64,000 nt of DNA from Vulcanimicrobiota bacterium (GCA_963812135.1 CAWETU010000001.1:2112001-2176000); one strand, 5' to 3'; counted from the stretch's first letter, positions 28,856 to 39,564 are shown. Program-made: numbers and translations. Notes: generated by a model not told the origin, from the letters alone.

Positions 28856-31632
28856 GTGGATAATACCACGGTCATCTTGCTGTTCACGGATATCCAAGGC
28901 AGCACGACTCGATGGGAGCGCGATCGCAACGCGATGGCTGCGGCGCTGCGCCGTCACGACGTGCTCATGCGCGACGCGATCTCGGGGTCGCGCGGGCGGG
29001 TCTTCAAGACCATGGGCGATCAGTTCTGCGCGGCCTTCTCCACCGTGTCCGATTCGATCGCCGCGGCGGTCCACGCGCAACGCGCGCTGGCCGCCGAAGA
29101 TTGGACCGACGTCGGCGGGCTTGACGTCCGTATGGCGATCCATGCCGGTTCCGTCGAGGAGCGCGACGGCGATTATTTCGGCCGGCCGCTCAACAAAGTG
29201 GCGCGGCTGCTCGGAATCGGCCATGGCGGCCAAGTGCTGCTCTCCGGCGCGGCCGCGGATCTGATCGCCGGCGATCTACCGGATGATACGCAACTCTCCG
29301 ATCTCGGCCAACATCGCCTCAAGGATCTCGAAGGCGTTGAGCGGGTCTTTCAATTGCGTGCGCCCGATCTGCGCGATGAGTTCCCACCGCTGCGTTCGCT
29401 CGAAGAATTCCCCAACAATCTTCCGGCGCAGCTCACGAGCTTCATCGGCCGCGAAGACGACGTCCAACGGCTGCGCAGCCAGCTCGAGACGACGCGGTTA
29501 CTGTCGCTTGTCGGCACCGGCGGCGTCGGTAAGACGCGACTGGCATTGCAGCTCGCGGCCGAATCGCTCAATCGCTTTCCCGAAGGCGTTCGCCTCGTCG
29601 ACTTGTCGCTCGTCTCGAGCGCCGACGCGGTCGCTTCGGAGGTCGCCTCGATCCTGGCGGTGCGTGCGGGCGCGGGTCAGACCGTCACCGAGTCGATCGG
29701 CGCCGCCATCGGCGACAAGCGGGTGCTCTTGCTGCTCGACGGTTGCGAACACGTCGTGCCAGCCACCGCCGCATTCGTCGACGCGATCCTGCGCTCGTGT
29801 CCGAAGGCGAGCATCATCGTCACGTCGCGTCAAGCGCTCGGCGTCGTCGGCGAGAGCGTCCACAACGTGGGTACGCTCAGCCGTTCCGCCCGAGGACACC
29901 ACGCGCGCGACGACGGCTTTGGATTTCAGCGCCGTCAAGCTCTTCGTCGAGCGTTCGATTGCGGCATCGAGCCGCTTCGCGTTGACCGATGCGAACGCGG
30001 CGATCGTCGCGCACATCTGTCGTCGCTTGGACGGAATACCGCTTGCGCTGGAGCTGGCCGCGGCGAAAATCGCGGTGCTCAGCCCGAAACAACTCTCGGA
30101 ACAACTCGACGAGCGTTTCCGGTTGCTGTCGCAGACGGGCGGCAATCGTCTGCCGCGCCAGCAGACGCTGCGCGCGCTGATCGACTGGAGCTTCGATCTT
30201 TTGGACGACCCCGAGCGAGCTGTGTTCCGGCGGTTGTCGGTTTTCGCCGGCGGATGGACGCTCCAAGCCGCGGCCGCCGTGTGCGCGGACGAGGGCATGG
30301 ATGAGTGGCAGGTCCTCGAACTGCTCTCCGCGCTTGTGTCGAAATCACTTGTGGCGGTTGAGCCGCACGACGACGATCAGCGCTATAGCATGCTGAACTC
30401 GATCCGGGAGTACAGCCGGGAACGGCTGGCCGAGGCGAATGAAGCCGGCAACACCGCCGCTCGACATGCGCGCTATTACGCCGGCTTCTTGGGCGATCTC
30501 GCAGCGTTGATCGACGCGCAGGAAGATGAGCAGTGGCAGCACGCGCTTGCGCCCGAGATCGACAACATCAGAGCGACGCTGGACTGGGCGATCGTGCAAG
30601 GCAATGACAGCGCGGCGGGCTTGCGCCTGCTCGCGCGGCTCGAATGGCCGGAACTCGTGACGACGCCACAGGAAGCGATTCGTTGGTTCGATGCGGCGGT
30701 GAAGCTGGTCGACACGACCGACGCGCTCACGAAATCGCGAGTGCTGCGGCACTATTCGCGCTTGGAGTGGCTCGTCGGGCGGCCGATCGCCCAGCGCGAA
30801 GCGACCGCGATCCTTGCGCTTGACGCGGCTGCGGCGACGTCGGACGCTGACGAGATCGCGCGCGCGCACTCAAGTCTTGGCAGCATCTATCGCGACGCCG
30901 GCCGCTTCGACGAAGCAGAGGCGCAATTCGTGGAGGCGTACAAAGCGCCTTCGGCGTTGGGCGCGATCGCTTTGAACCATGTCTTGCGCAATTGGGCAGT
31001 CACCGATCTGCAGCGTGGAGACAACGAAAAGGCGCGCCGGCGTTTCACTGAAGTCGCGAGCCGGGAGCGGCCCGGCAGCGAGGCACACGCGAGCGCGCTG
31101 CTCAATCTCGGTGAGCTCGAGTTCGCCGTCGGCAACGTCGAAGCAGCGCGCGTGGCGGCGCGCAAGGCGCGAGCGACGTTCGAACGCCTCGCCGCCGCAC
31201 CGCTCGGGCTCGTGCTGTGCAATCTCGCGGCGTACGCGATGGCGGCCGACGACTTCGACGAAGCGCGCGAACTCTTGCGCGAAGCACTCGTGCTCTTGCA
31301 GCGATCCGGGGCACGCTGGATGATCGTCGCATTAGAGCATCACGCCGTGCTTGCCGGACATGTCGGGCGATCACGAGCGCGCCGCCGTGCTGATCGGTTT
31401 CGCCGACGCGCACTACGCGAAGGGCGACACGCGCCAGCGCACCGAGCTGCACGGATACGAACGCCTGATGCGGCTTCTCTCGCAGGCTTATGCCAAGGAA
31501 GAGCTTGCAGAACGCCTAAGCGCAGGCGCGCGGCTGCGGGCCGAGCAGGCACTTGAGCACGCCGCGGCAATTAGCAACTATTCCCCACCAACGCTGGCGG
31601 CTGACGCCGCCGTACAGGGAGTGAGATCATAA
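28856..31632 (+). CDS. class III adenylate/guanylate cyclase + STAND ATPase + TPR protein, two +1 frameshifts (~29879, ~31359)
   Basis: LFTDIQGST, GD.F.A.F, DYFG..LN..ARL; SFIGRE, GTGGVGKT, LLLDGCEH, CRRLDGIPLALELAA, RQQTLRALIDWS. The protein continues over three frames. Confidence 0.85.
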
Positions 31633-31817
31633 TGGCCAGTGCCGCTCGGGACCAAGCAGATAGTCACCTTCATGCCTTCGAGCATACGATCGACGAGCTT
31701 CATCAGAAGTTGGCCGCCGCGGCTGGAGTCGACAAGGAGCGCCTGCAAAAAGCGGTCGACAAGTATAAAGCCGCGCACAAGCAGTTCCACGACGACGCGC
31801 TCGCGTGCATGAACTAG
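31632..31817 (+). CDS. 61-aa His-rich helical small protein
   Basis: TAATG coupling to the upstream gene; GC3-biased codons. Confidence 0.6.
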   Translation: MASAARDQADSHLHAFEHTIDELHQKLAAAAGVDKERLQKAVDKYKAAHKQFHDDALACMN

Positions 31818-33343
31818 CGCCTGCCGGTCGACGGCTCCCGTAACGCGCTCTCGATAGCAACGCCGATCGGTACCCCCAGGCCCGTGCACGGATCCCATCC
31901 GGCACCGGCGTGGAATGTGCCGTTGCTTCCGTCAACGACGTCGACGAAAAGCGCCTTGTCCGATTTTCGGTAGAGAATCGGCGCGAAGAAGCCTGCGCGG
32001 GTGCCGAGGCGCTGGTTGATCCGGGCAGTCAACGCCGACCACACCGGCGCGACCGCACTCGTGCCGGCCGCCGCCAGTTCGGTCCCGTCCATGATCACGT
32101 AATAACCGGGGGATTGTTGCGCGGCGACGTCCGGCACGCCTCGGCCTGGGCTCACCTTATGTCGCGCTGCCGCTGATGCCGCCGTGTTTTGCCATTGCGG
32201 CACTTCGAAACGCTCGCTAAAGCCACCGCCGCTCTTCTCCCACGCCTGCTCTTGGGCGCTGCCGGAGGCGATGACCGTCGCTCCGCATGCGATCGCGAAC
32301 GGGCTGGAAGCGGGTGCCAACACGTGCGGCTTGCCGTCGTAATCGAGTTCGGCGCCGTTGTCGCCGGACGAGCAGAACACGCTCATCCCCGCGAGGGCGG
32401 CGGCGGTGAGCAGGTCGTCAAGGATGTTGAGCGCGACCGGCGTCCACAGATGTTCGGGCCAGCCGTAACTCAAGGACAGCACCGACGGGGCATACTCTTC
32501 ATCGAAGATCGCCTCGCGGATAGCGTCGAGAAAACCGCGCTCGTCATCGGGCGCCTCGTACACGACGATGCGTGCGGCCGGTGCGAGCGACGCGATGATC
32601 TGCACGTCGAGCGACGCCTCGAGGTCTTTGGTCGTCGCGATCTCGTGTTCGACAGCCGCGTTGTCTACTCGCTTCACGACCGGATGCGCCGGTGCAAGGC
32701 CTTGCGCGCGCATGCATTGGTCGAAGTCATCCGGTTTGAAGATGCCGCGCAGCTGCACGACGGCGATGGTCTGACCGCTGCCGTCGGCCTCGGGAAACTG
32801 GTAACGCTTTGCGACGTCGCGCGCCATCAACGGCGTCGCGTGGCGTTGCAGCGCCCCGATCTTGCGCGAGCGCGGCCACTGATGCATGCCGAAGATGCCG
32901 TGGACGACGGTCGCGATCTCGCTCGGCACGTGTAACGCTTCCGATCGATGGCGAAACCGGCGCTGGCTGTCGTCTTCGAAGATCGCGACCGTTGCGCCGA
33001 ACGCCTCGATCAGTTTGTCGACCGGCCCGCTGATCGTGACCGATCGCCAGTGCGAGAGGACGATCGAGAGGCCGAAACGCTCGCAGTAGCGCCGGAACAG
33101 CTCGACGTCAGCCGGGTCAGCACCGGTCTGCAGTGCAAGCGGCTTCCGGTCGACATACGTCCGCTCTAGCGGAGGCGTCGCGCCAAGCGTTCGCGCGCGG
33201 TCCCGATCGAGATCGGCGCCTTTGTTCGGACGCAGCCACGCGGTCAGCAGGACGTCGGTGTCTGAGACCAGCGCTTCCGCGTGATGGCTGCCGGGCCATA
33301 CGTTGCGATGCGTTCCCGGAATCGGCACGCGCGTTTCTGCCAT
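31814..33343 (-). CDS. S53 family peptidase, kumamolisin/sedolisin-like
   Basis: Prodomain; EASLD, SSGDNG, GTSAVAP, GWDPCTGLG. Confidence 0.92.
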   Translation of the reverse strand: MAETRVPIPGTHRNVWPGSHHAEALVSDTDVLLTAWLRPNKGADLDRDRARTLGATPPLERTYVDRKPLALQTGADPADVELFRRYCERFGLSIVLSHWRSVTISGPVDKLIEAFGATVAIFEDDSQRRFRHRSEALHVPSEIATVVHGIFGMHQWPRSRKIGALQRHATPLMARDVAKRYQFPEADGSGQTIAVVQLRGIFKPDDFDQCMRAQGLAPAHPVVKRVDNAAVEHEIATTKDLEASLDVQIIASLAPAARIVVYEAPDDERGFLDAIREAIFDEEYAPSVLSLSYGWPEHLWTPVALNILDDLLTAAALAGMSVFCSSGDNGAELDYDGKPHVLAPASSPFAIACGATVIASGSAQEQAWEKSGGGFSERFEVPQWQNTAASAAARHKVSPGRGVPDVAAQQSPGYYVIMDGTELAAAGTSAVAPVWSALTARINQRLGTRAGFFAPILYRKSDKALFVDVVDGSNGTFHAGAGWDPCTGLGVPIGVAIESALREPSTGRR

Positions 33344-33358
33344 TTCGGTGTTCGTTCG

Positions 33359-34108
33359 TCAGCGAATCACGATCGGCACCGACACCGCGTGGCCGTCTTC
33401 GTCCGTGACGGTGGCGGTGCACGTGCCGGCCGCGATCGGCTTGACCGAATAGGTCGCCGACGCATCCGCGGTCGCGGCGACGAAGATGGAGGCGACGCCC
33501 GAGCAGTTGTCGGTCTCCTTGAACGCCGCGACGCGCTCGCCGCTTGAGACCAAGAACAACGCGGCGTTGGAGACGCCGTCGATGCTCAAGCGCGCGGGTT
33601 GCGCGGTCAAACCGGACGATGACGCCGGTGCGGCGACCGGCCCGGTCGACGCCGTCGGCGCTTGACCCTTTCGCCACACGGTGCCGTCGGCGAATTCGAC
33701 CGATGCGACGTGGCATTTGATCTTGGGCGCGATGAACGCGGGCAGGACGAACGATTGGCCCTGGCCGTTGCGATATTGATGTTTGATGGAGACGCCAGGT
33801 GAGAACTTGCCGACGTCGCGGATGACGAACTGGTCGCCGTTCGAATCGACTGCGAAATTCACCAAGGTCGCGGTCTGCTTCGATTCGTTGACGAACTCGA
33901 TGCCGATACCGGCGCTCGTCGAGACAGGCACGTTGACGCCGAAGTAGTTCTGCGTCTGATTCTTGTCGATGATCGGTCCGCAGCTATTGATGGTGACCGG
34001 GGGTGTACTTGACGCCGCGGCCGCAGACGCTGCCGCCGCGAACAGCGCCGCCGCCGCGCTTATCGCGCCGACGCCGAAGAGGCCAACCAGGAAACGTTGT
34101 GCTCGCAT
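33359..34108 (-). CDS. secreted two-domain beta protein
   Basis: GGAGG RBS, signal peptide, DVGKFSPG.SI.H, C.V.SV.F.DG.VW, Ig-like C-terminal domain. Confidence 0.75.
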   Translation of the reverse strand: MRAQRFLVGLFGVGAISAAAALFAAAASAAAASSTPPVTINSCGPIIDKNQTQNYFGVNVPVSTSAGIGIEFVNESKQTATLVNFAVDSNGDQFVIRDVGKFSPGVSIKHQYRNGQGQSFVLPAFIAPKIKCHVASVEFADGTVWRKGQAPTASTGPVAAPASSSGLTAQPARLSIDGVSNAALFLVSSGERVAAFKETDNCSGVASIFVAATADASATYSVKPIAAGTCTATVTDEDGHAVSVPIVIR

Positions 34109-34206
34109 AGACGCGCCTCCGTGTGCGAAGTCGATGGCTCAGGTTCATCGCGGGCCCCCGCATGCCCCTACTGTCGCACATGCATAATCTGTTCTTGAGG
34201 CCCCCG

Positions 34207-34215
34207 TGGTACAAT
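34207..34215 (+). promoter_or_regulatory. extended -10 (TGGTACAAT), probable leaderless promoter of mgsA
   Basis: 7 nt from the -10 to ATG 34223, with no RBS. Confidence 0.55.
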
Positions 34216-34222
34216 CCCGCCT

Positions 34223-34663
34223 ATGGCACTGGCACTTCCCCGATACGAACCCGAGCGGCTCACCGTTGCCCTCATCGCCCACGACGCGCGCAAGGAAGAG
34301 ATGGCGCAGTGGGCGGCGTTCAACCGAGACACGCTCGCCAATTGCGAGATTTATGCGACCGCGACGACCGGCAGCTCGGTCGCCGAAAAGCTCGACCTGC
34401 CCATCACCATGCTTCTGTCCGGCCCGTTCGGCGGCGACGCCCAGGTGGGTGCCCTCATCTCCGAGGGACGGATCCACGTGGTCTTCTTCTTCTGGGATCC
34501 GCTCACGCCGCAGCCGCACGATGTCGACGTCAAGATGCTGCTGCGGCTTGCGGTGCTGCACGACGTCCCGATCGCATGCAACCGCAGCTCGGCCGATCTG
34601 CTGATCTCGTCACCGCTGTTCACGGACATCGGCTACCACTTCCGCACGCCGGCGGTCGAATAG
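34223..34663 (+). CDS. mgsA: methylglyoxal synthase
   Basis: ALIAHD.RK, AT.TTG, SGPFGGDAQ, FFWDPL..PHDVDV..L.RLA..H..P.ACN. Confidence 0.95.
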   Translation: MALALPRYEPERLTVALIAHDARKEEMAQWAAFNRDTLANCEIYATATTGSSVAEKLDLPITMLLSGPFGGDAQVGALISEGRIHVVFFFWDPLTPQPHDVDVKMLLRLAVLHDVPIACNRSSADLLISSPLFTDIGYHFRTPAVE

Positions 34664-34702
34664 ATTCGGCCGCTACAGATTTAGGATAGATTCGAGCGCT
34701 AC
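34653..34702 (-). repeat. REP copy plus partial copy, each supplying a stop codon
   Basis: CGGTCGAATAGATTCGGCCGCTACA (mgsA TAG) and ATAGATTCGAGCGCTAC (TAG of the convergent gene). Confidence 0.82.
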
Positions 34703-35361
34703 GAGAGCGTGGCGATCGCCCGGGACGCGATGAGGAACAACGTCGCCAGCGAGATCGACGCTTGCGTCATCAGCAGCAGCTTCGCGCGCCGGCTCGTGGG
34801 GCGCGCGTGGTCGGGCGGCGTGAACGACGTCGAGGTCGTGAACGCCAGATAGAGGTAGTCTACGAACCACGGCTCCCACGCGCCGGGCTCCTCGGCGTCC
34901 TTCGTTTGCGCGAACGTGAAGTCAGGCGAGCCCGTCACGCCGGCCGCTCGAGCCTCTGCGCCCCCGCGATCGAGCTGCCAGTAGATCAACGCGAAAACGA
35001 TCACGTTGACGGTCCAGATCACGGTCGCCGATTCCAGCAGCGTGATGCTGCTGAAGCCGTGTTTGTGAGTGATCATGTCGCCCACAAGGCGCAGAACCGT
35101 AAGCAGCATCAGAAGACCGGTAATGGTAGCGAACGTCAGCACGACCACGCGCTCGACGCGATGCCACAAAATGCTGGTCGGCATAAACGTGACCGCCAGC
35201 ATCGACGCGACGACGACGCCGAATAGCGTCCAAGGCACCCAGGGTGGACCGAGCGCATACCGGCTCGGCAGCGACATCGTCAGAGCGATGACGACCGCGA
35301 GCGTGAGAATCACTGGCCAGCGCGGTTCGGTGCGCCCAGGGGCAATCGTTCGCTCGGTCAC
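34699..35361 (-). CDS. DUF1345-like membrane protein
   Basis: EPRWP, NV.VF.L.YW.LDRGG, PDF.F, W.P.F.DYLY.AFT.ST.F.P; GTGA overlap with the upstream gene. Confidence 0.78.
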   Translation of the reverse strand: MTERTIAPGRTEPRWPVILTLAVVIALTMSLPSRYALGPPWVPWTLFGVVVASMLAVTFMPTSILWHRVERVVVLTFATITGLLMLLTVLRLVGDMITHKHGFSSITLLESATVIWTVNVIVFALIYWQLDRGGAEARAAGVTGSPDFTFAQTKDAEEPGAWEPWFVDYLYLAFTTSTSFTPPDHARPTSRRAKLLLMTQASISLATLFLIASRAIATLS

Positions 35362-35768
35362 CCAGCGCTCGACCTTCGAACCCGTGAGACAGCGAGCAGA
35401 GACGCGATGCACCACACCGCGAGCAATGCATGCACGATGATCGCGGGCCACATCAGCGTGCCTGTCATCTTCAGACCCATCGCCGCGTGCCACAACACCC
35501 CGGTCGCGATGGTGTTATAGAACACCATGGCGACGACAAGCCCGACCGCGGCGCGAGCGCCCGCATCGCTGGCCGCCAAGAAGCATGCGATGCCGAGCGA
35601 CAGCAACCCCGCGCCGCAGAGATGCGCGATGATCAGCACGACTTCGCCTTCGAGCGGCACGCCGAGGAGTAGGGTAGCGACCCAAGACGGAACCCCGATC
35701 AGTCCCAGACCCGCGCCCACCTCGACGATACCCATCGCGATCAAGAGATATCTCATCGTAGTCGCCAC
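35358..35768 (-). CDS. small integral membrane protein
   Basis: Four hydrophobic helices. Confidence 0.7.
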   Translation of the reverse strand: MATTMRYLLIAMGIVEVGAGLGLIGVPSWVATLLLGVPLEGEVVLIIAHLCGAGLLSLGIACFLAASDAGARAAVGLVVAMVFYNTIATGVLWHAAMGLKMTGTLMWPAIIVHALLAVWCIASLLAVSRVRRSSAG

Positions 35769-35801
35769 CGTTTCTTGAGCGGTACGTGGAATACCGTTAG
35801 G

Positions 35802-35825
35802 CGGTCGAATAAATTCGACCGCTAC
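35802..35825 (-). repeat. REP copy whose GTAG foot is the stop codon of the upstream minus-strand gene
   Basis: CGGTCGAATAAATTCGACCGCTAC; TAG at 35824-35822. Confidence 0.9.
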
Positions 35826-36404
35826 TTGAGGGGCCAGGGATTCTTTAGTGGGATGCGGGGCACGCCTTTCGGATAGGTCGTCGGGTGCGCTTCGAGAAAT
35901 GCACGCGCGCGCACGGTGAGATATTCGAAGTTATCCCACAAGCCCACGTCGCCGCTTCCATCGCGGATCAGCGCGACAAATGATTCAAGCGTGCTCCACG
36001 CTCCGATGACCTGCGTGACGTACTCGTCAAGGAACAACGTCTCGTCGACGATGACGTTCTTGACGAGCACTGCCGACTTCTTCGAATAGGTTGCCGTACA
36101 CATTTGCTGACGTCAGCACGGCCAGCTGGTCGCTGGAGATCTCCGGCAGCGGCTCGCGGAGCGAGCGCGCGATGACGTAGCGTCGAAAGGTCGGGTCCTC
36201 GAGTGTCCTAGCCAAGTCGGCGGTGGCCACGCGGCGTGCATCGACGAATCTAGGCTCCAGGAATTTGTCGCCGATCGTCAGGAGCGCAGTGATCTGGTTG
36301 CCGGCCCGCAGATGACGCAGCTGCGCGAGCGCGGCCAGCGCGGTCGCGCCGACGATCAAGACCGTGAGCAATGAGCTCGCAGCGCTGAGCCATTCAACCG
36401 ACAT
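35822..36404 (-). CDS. membrane-anchored helical protein (DUF4760-like), +1 frameshift at ~36071
   Basis: TM + QLRH.R.GNQ; N.FEE.G(fs)VLVK...D..LF; W.NFEYL. Confidence 0.65.
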
Positions 36405-36455
36405 GCTGGGAGCTTGAATGTAGGCCGACGCGTACCCTCGAACCCTATCGGCCTC

Positions 36456-36665
36456 ATGGAACTCGGCAAGCCGGTACGTGTCCTCAAGGGAATCGACCTC
36501 GGGTCCGACGGCAAGGTGGACAAGGGAGCGATCGGCATCCTCGAGAGCATGAGCAACAGCCCGTATATGCCATTTCTCGTCCGCTTTCCGCAGGGACAGT
36601 TCGCATTCGAAGATGGCGAGATCGAGGACGTCGAGCCGGCCGACGGGCGCGGAGAGCAAGCCTGA
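36456..36665 (+). CDS. small SH3/NifZ-like hypothetical protein
   Basis: G..VRV...I.......G.IG......V.F pattern, 69 aa. Confidence 0.55.
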   Translation: MELGKPVRVLKGIDLGSDGKVDKGAIGILESMSNSPYMPFLVRFPQGQFAFEDGEIEDVEPADGRGEQA

Positions 36666-36735
36666 AAAGCGGCTGAAAGCGGGTCCGCACGGCGCGCAGG
36701 CCCATTTTTTCAGCTTCGGCGAACATACTGACATC

Positions 36736-37410
36736 ATGCGACTTTTGCTGGTGGAAGACGACCCAAGTCTCTCGGATTCGCTGCGCCGCGCGTTGGAGGC
36801 ACAGAAGTTCTCCGTGACCACTGCACTCGATGGCGACGCCGGTTTGCACGAGCTGTGCGGCAATGACTATCAGCTCGCGATCCTCGACGTGCTGCTGCCC
36901 AAACGCGACGGCTTCTCGATCTGCACCGAAGCGCGCAAACAGGGCGTGACCACGCCGATCCTCATGCTCACCGCGCGCAACGCGGTCGGCGATCGCGTCG
37001 CCGGCCTCAATAGCGGCGCCGACGACTATCTACCCAAACCGTTCGCGTTCCCCGAGCTGTTGGCGCGGGTGCATGCGTTGCTGCGCCGGCCCGTGCAAGA
37101 GCTGCGGCCGCGCGTGGTGACGGTGGGCGATCTTTCGATCGACGTGCTGCGCCACCAGGCGACGATGCGCGGCCATGTCATGCAGCTGACGAAGACCGAG
37201 TACCGGCTGCTGCTCTACCTGCTGGAGAACGCGGGCATCGTGCTCGCCAAGGACGCGATCCTCGACCGGCTGTGGGGCGCCGAGCACGAAGGCAACAGCA
37301 ACATCCTCGAAGTGTACGTCAAGATGTTGCGTCGCAAACTGGACACTGCGGGGGGCGGAGTGCAGATCCGCACGGTGCGCGGTGTCGGGTACACGATCGA
37401 CAAGCCGTGA
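36736..37410 (+). CDS. OmpR-family response regulator
   Basis: LLVEDD, ILDVLLP, GADDYLPKPF, IRTVRGVGY. Confidence 0.95.
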   Translation: MRLLLVEDDPSLSDSLRRALEAQKFSVTTALDGDAGLHELCGNDYQLAILDVLLPKRDGFSICTEARKQGVTTPILMLTARNAVGDRVAGLNSGADDYLPKPFAFPELLARVHALLRRPVQELRPRVVTVGDLSIDVLRHQATMRGHVMQLTKTEYRLLLYLLENAGIVLAKDAILDRLWGAEHEGNSNILEVYVKMLRRKLDTAGGGVQIRTVRGVGYTIDKP

Positions 37411-38399
37411 AGGGATGGCGCGGTCTGCGGGCAGGGCTTCGCTCCCCGCGCATGCGCCTCGCGCTGATCATCGCAGGCATCCTGGTGCTGCTGTTCGCGG
37501 CGTTCTCGGTCGTGGTCTACATCTTGGTGAGCCGCGAGGTGCTCTCGGACATCGAGCCATTCCGCGACGATCCGCTGTTCGTCGAAGCGGCCCACCGCCA
37601 GCTGGCCGCGTACGCGCTGCAGCTGCTCTTCGCCAATCTCGGAGGTTTGGTGCTCATCGGCATCGCGTCGTATTTCATCGCCCAAGCCGCAGTGCGCCCG
37701 CTCGAGCAGGCGATCGCGCTGCAACGGCAGTTCACTAACGACGCATCGCACGATCTGCGCACGCCGCTCGCCGTGATCCGCATGGAGACGTCTGCCGCGC
37801 TGCATTCGCGCACGCCGATGCCGCCCGATGTGGCCGAATGCATCCGCATCATCGACGAACAGGCGCAGCGCATGGATCGGCTCATCGAACAGCTGCTCAC
37901 GCTGGCGCACGTCGACTCCGACAGCGCGCTCAACCGCGAGCCGACCGATCTGCGGTACGTCGTCAGCGGCGTCGTCCGCGATCTGCAGCCGCTCGCCGAC
38001 GCCAAGCACATCGCGCTTTCGGTGGAGCGCGTCGAGCCGGCGCTCGTATTGGGGGACGAGCTCAAATTGTCGCAACTCGTCGCCAATCTGGTGGACAACG
38101 CGATCAAGTACAGCCCGAACACGGCGCGCGTCATCGTCTCGGTGTGGCAACAGCGCGACGCGGCGTTCGTGACCGTGTCGGACACGGGGCATGGCATTCC
38201 CGCGCCGGAGATCGATAACGTGTTCCGGCGTTTCCATCGCATTGATTCAGTGCGCAGCACCAATGGGCGCGGCGGCCACGGCCTAGGGTTGCCGTTGTGC
38301 CGCTGGATCGCGCGCGCACACGGCGGCGACGTCGTCGTCGATAGCCGAGAGGGCGAAGGCAGCACGTTCACCGTGCGCCTGCCGGCGCTTACCGCATGA
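37407..38399 (+). CDS. sensor histidine kinase
   Basis: Two TM helices; DASHDLRTPL, NLVDNAIKY, DTGHGI, GHGLGL; GTGA overlap. Confidence 0.93.
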   Translation: MKGWRGLRAGLRSPRMRLALIIAGILVLLFAAFSVVVYILVSREVLSDIEPFRDDPLFVEAAHRQLAAYALQLLFANLGGLVLIGIASYFIAQAAVRPLEQAIALQRQFTNDASHDLRTPLAVIRMETSAALHSRTPMPPDVAECIRIIDEQAQRMDRLIEQLLTLAHVDSDSALNREPTDLRYVVSGVVRDLQPLADAKHIALSVERVEPALVLGDELKLSQLVANLVDNAIKYSPNTARVIVSVWQQRDAAFVTVSDTGHGIPAPEIDNVFRRFHRIDSVRSTNGRGGHGLGLPLCRWIARAHGGDVVVDSREGEGSTFTVRLPALTA

Positions 38400-38767
38400 A
38401 GGTTGATATGAAGAAGCTGGTTTTCGGGGGCGCACTTTTGGTGATCGCGATCGGCCTGTTCGGCCGGTCGTTAGTGGCGACGCACGGCGGTGCGGCACCG
38501 GCCGCAGCTGCGGTTGCGACACCGTCGACGACGAACGCGCAGTCGTTGATCGACCGGGCGTTTGCCGGCCCGGCTGGGCCGGACGATGAGGGTCAATACA
38601 GGCTGATCGATCCTGTCGGTCCGGGCGGCGCCACCGCTGCGACCGCCCAGAGCGAAGTGTTCGCGCCGACGATGATCGGCGGACAGTACAGCAAGTGGCG
38701 CCCGTATCACGATCCGTTCTTCAGTAGCGACTATCCGGGTAATTACACCCCGGGCGGCCTGCCATGA
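38396..38767 (+). CDS. small exported or membrane-anchored hypothetical protein
   Basis: ATGA overlaps at both ends; MKKLVF signal. Confidence 0.7.
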   Translation: MKVDMKKLVFGGALLVIAIGLFGRSLVATHGGAAPAAAAVATPSTTNAQSLIDRAFAGPAGPDDEGQYRLIDPVGPGGATAATAQSEVFAPTMIGGQYSKWRPYHDPFFSSDYPGNYTPGGLP

Positions 38768-39516
38768 AGCGAGTCGCTGCGATTCTCTTCGCCTTGTGTG
38801 CGGTGGGCGCCGCGGCGAGCGCGGCCGTCGGCGCTGACAGCTTCTTCCGCCAATGGCGCGTCGACACGCTCGTCGGCGAGGGTATCGACCTCTATCATCA
38901 CGGCGCGTATTCCGACTCGATCGAGAAATTCAACGCGGCGCTCGACCTGCAGCCGCAGGATGCCATGGCGCGCTACGATCGGGGACTCGCTTTTTACGCG
39001 CTGGGCAATTACAAAGTCGCGTCAGGCGAGTTCCAGCAGTGCCTGCAAGCGCAGCCCGACTTCGTGCCGGCGCTCTTCAATCTTGGCGTCACCGACCTGG
39101 CGCTCGGCGATGTGCCCGCGGCGCGGGCGATCTTCACGAAGATCCTCACTGACCATCCGGATTCGGTGCGCGCGCACTTCGATCTCGGGTTGTTGCACTT
39201 CATCGAAGGCAAGCCCGACGAAGCCGCCAAGGATTTCACGGTCGCGTCATTGCTGCATCCGCAATATACGCAAGCGCACTACAATCTTGCGTTGGCGGAA
39301 TATCGGACCGGCAATCTCGTGGCCGCGCAGAACGAGGCTCTCGCCGCGCTCAAGCTCAACCCGACCTATGCAAAGGCGTATTTCTTGCGCGGCGCGATCC
39401 TCTTGCGGCAAGGCGATCCCGCGACCGCCAAGGGACTGTTCGAGACCGCCGCGCGCTACTCGACCGACCCGGTGCTCACGAACCTCTGCCGCCAGATCAT
39501 CGAGCAGATCGGCTAG
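38764..39516 (+). CDS. exported TPR-repeat protein
   Basis: Signal peptide and about six TPR units (A.Y.RG.A, ALFNLG, AHFDLG, AHYNLA). Confidence 0.9.
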   Translation: MKRVAAILFALCAVGAAASAAVGADSFFRQWRVDTLVGEGIDLYHHGAYSDSIEKFNAALDLQPQDAMARYDRGLAFYALGNYKVASGEFQQCLQAQPDFVPALFNLGVTDLALGDVPAARAIFTKILTDHPDSVRAHFDLGLLHFIEGKPDEAAKDFTVASLLHPQYTQAHYNLALAEYRTGNLVAAQNEALAALKLNPTYAKAYFLRGAILLRQGDPATAKGLFETAARYSTDPVLTNLCRQIIEQIG

Positions 39517-39519
39517 CTT

Positions 39520-39544
39520 CGGTCGAATAAATTCGACCGCTACA
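39520..39544 (-). repeat. REP copy
   Basis: Exact consensus, 3 nt after the TPR stop. Confidence 0.9.
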
Positions 39545-39564
39545 AAAGCGAAAGGGGCGGGCTC

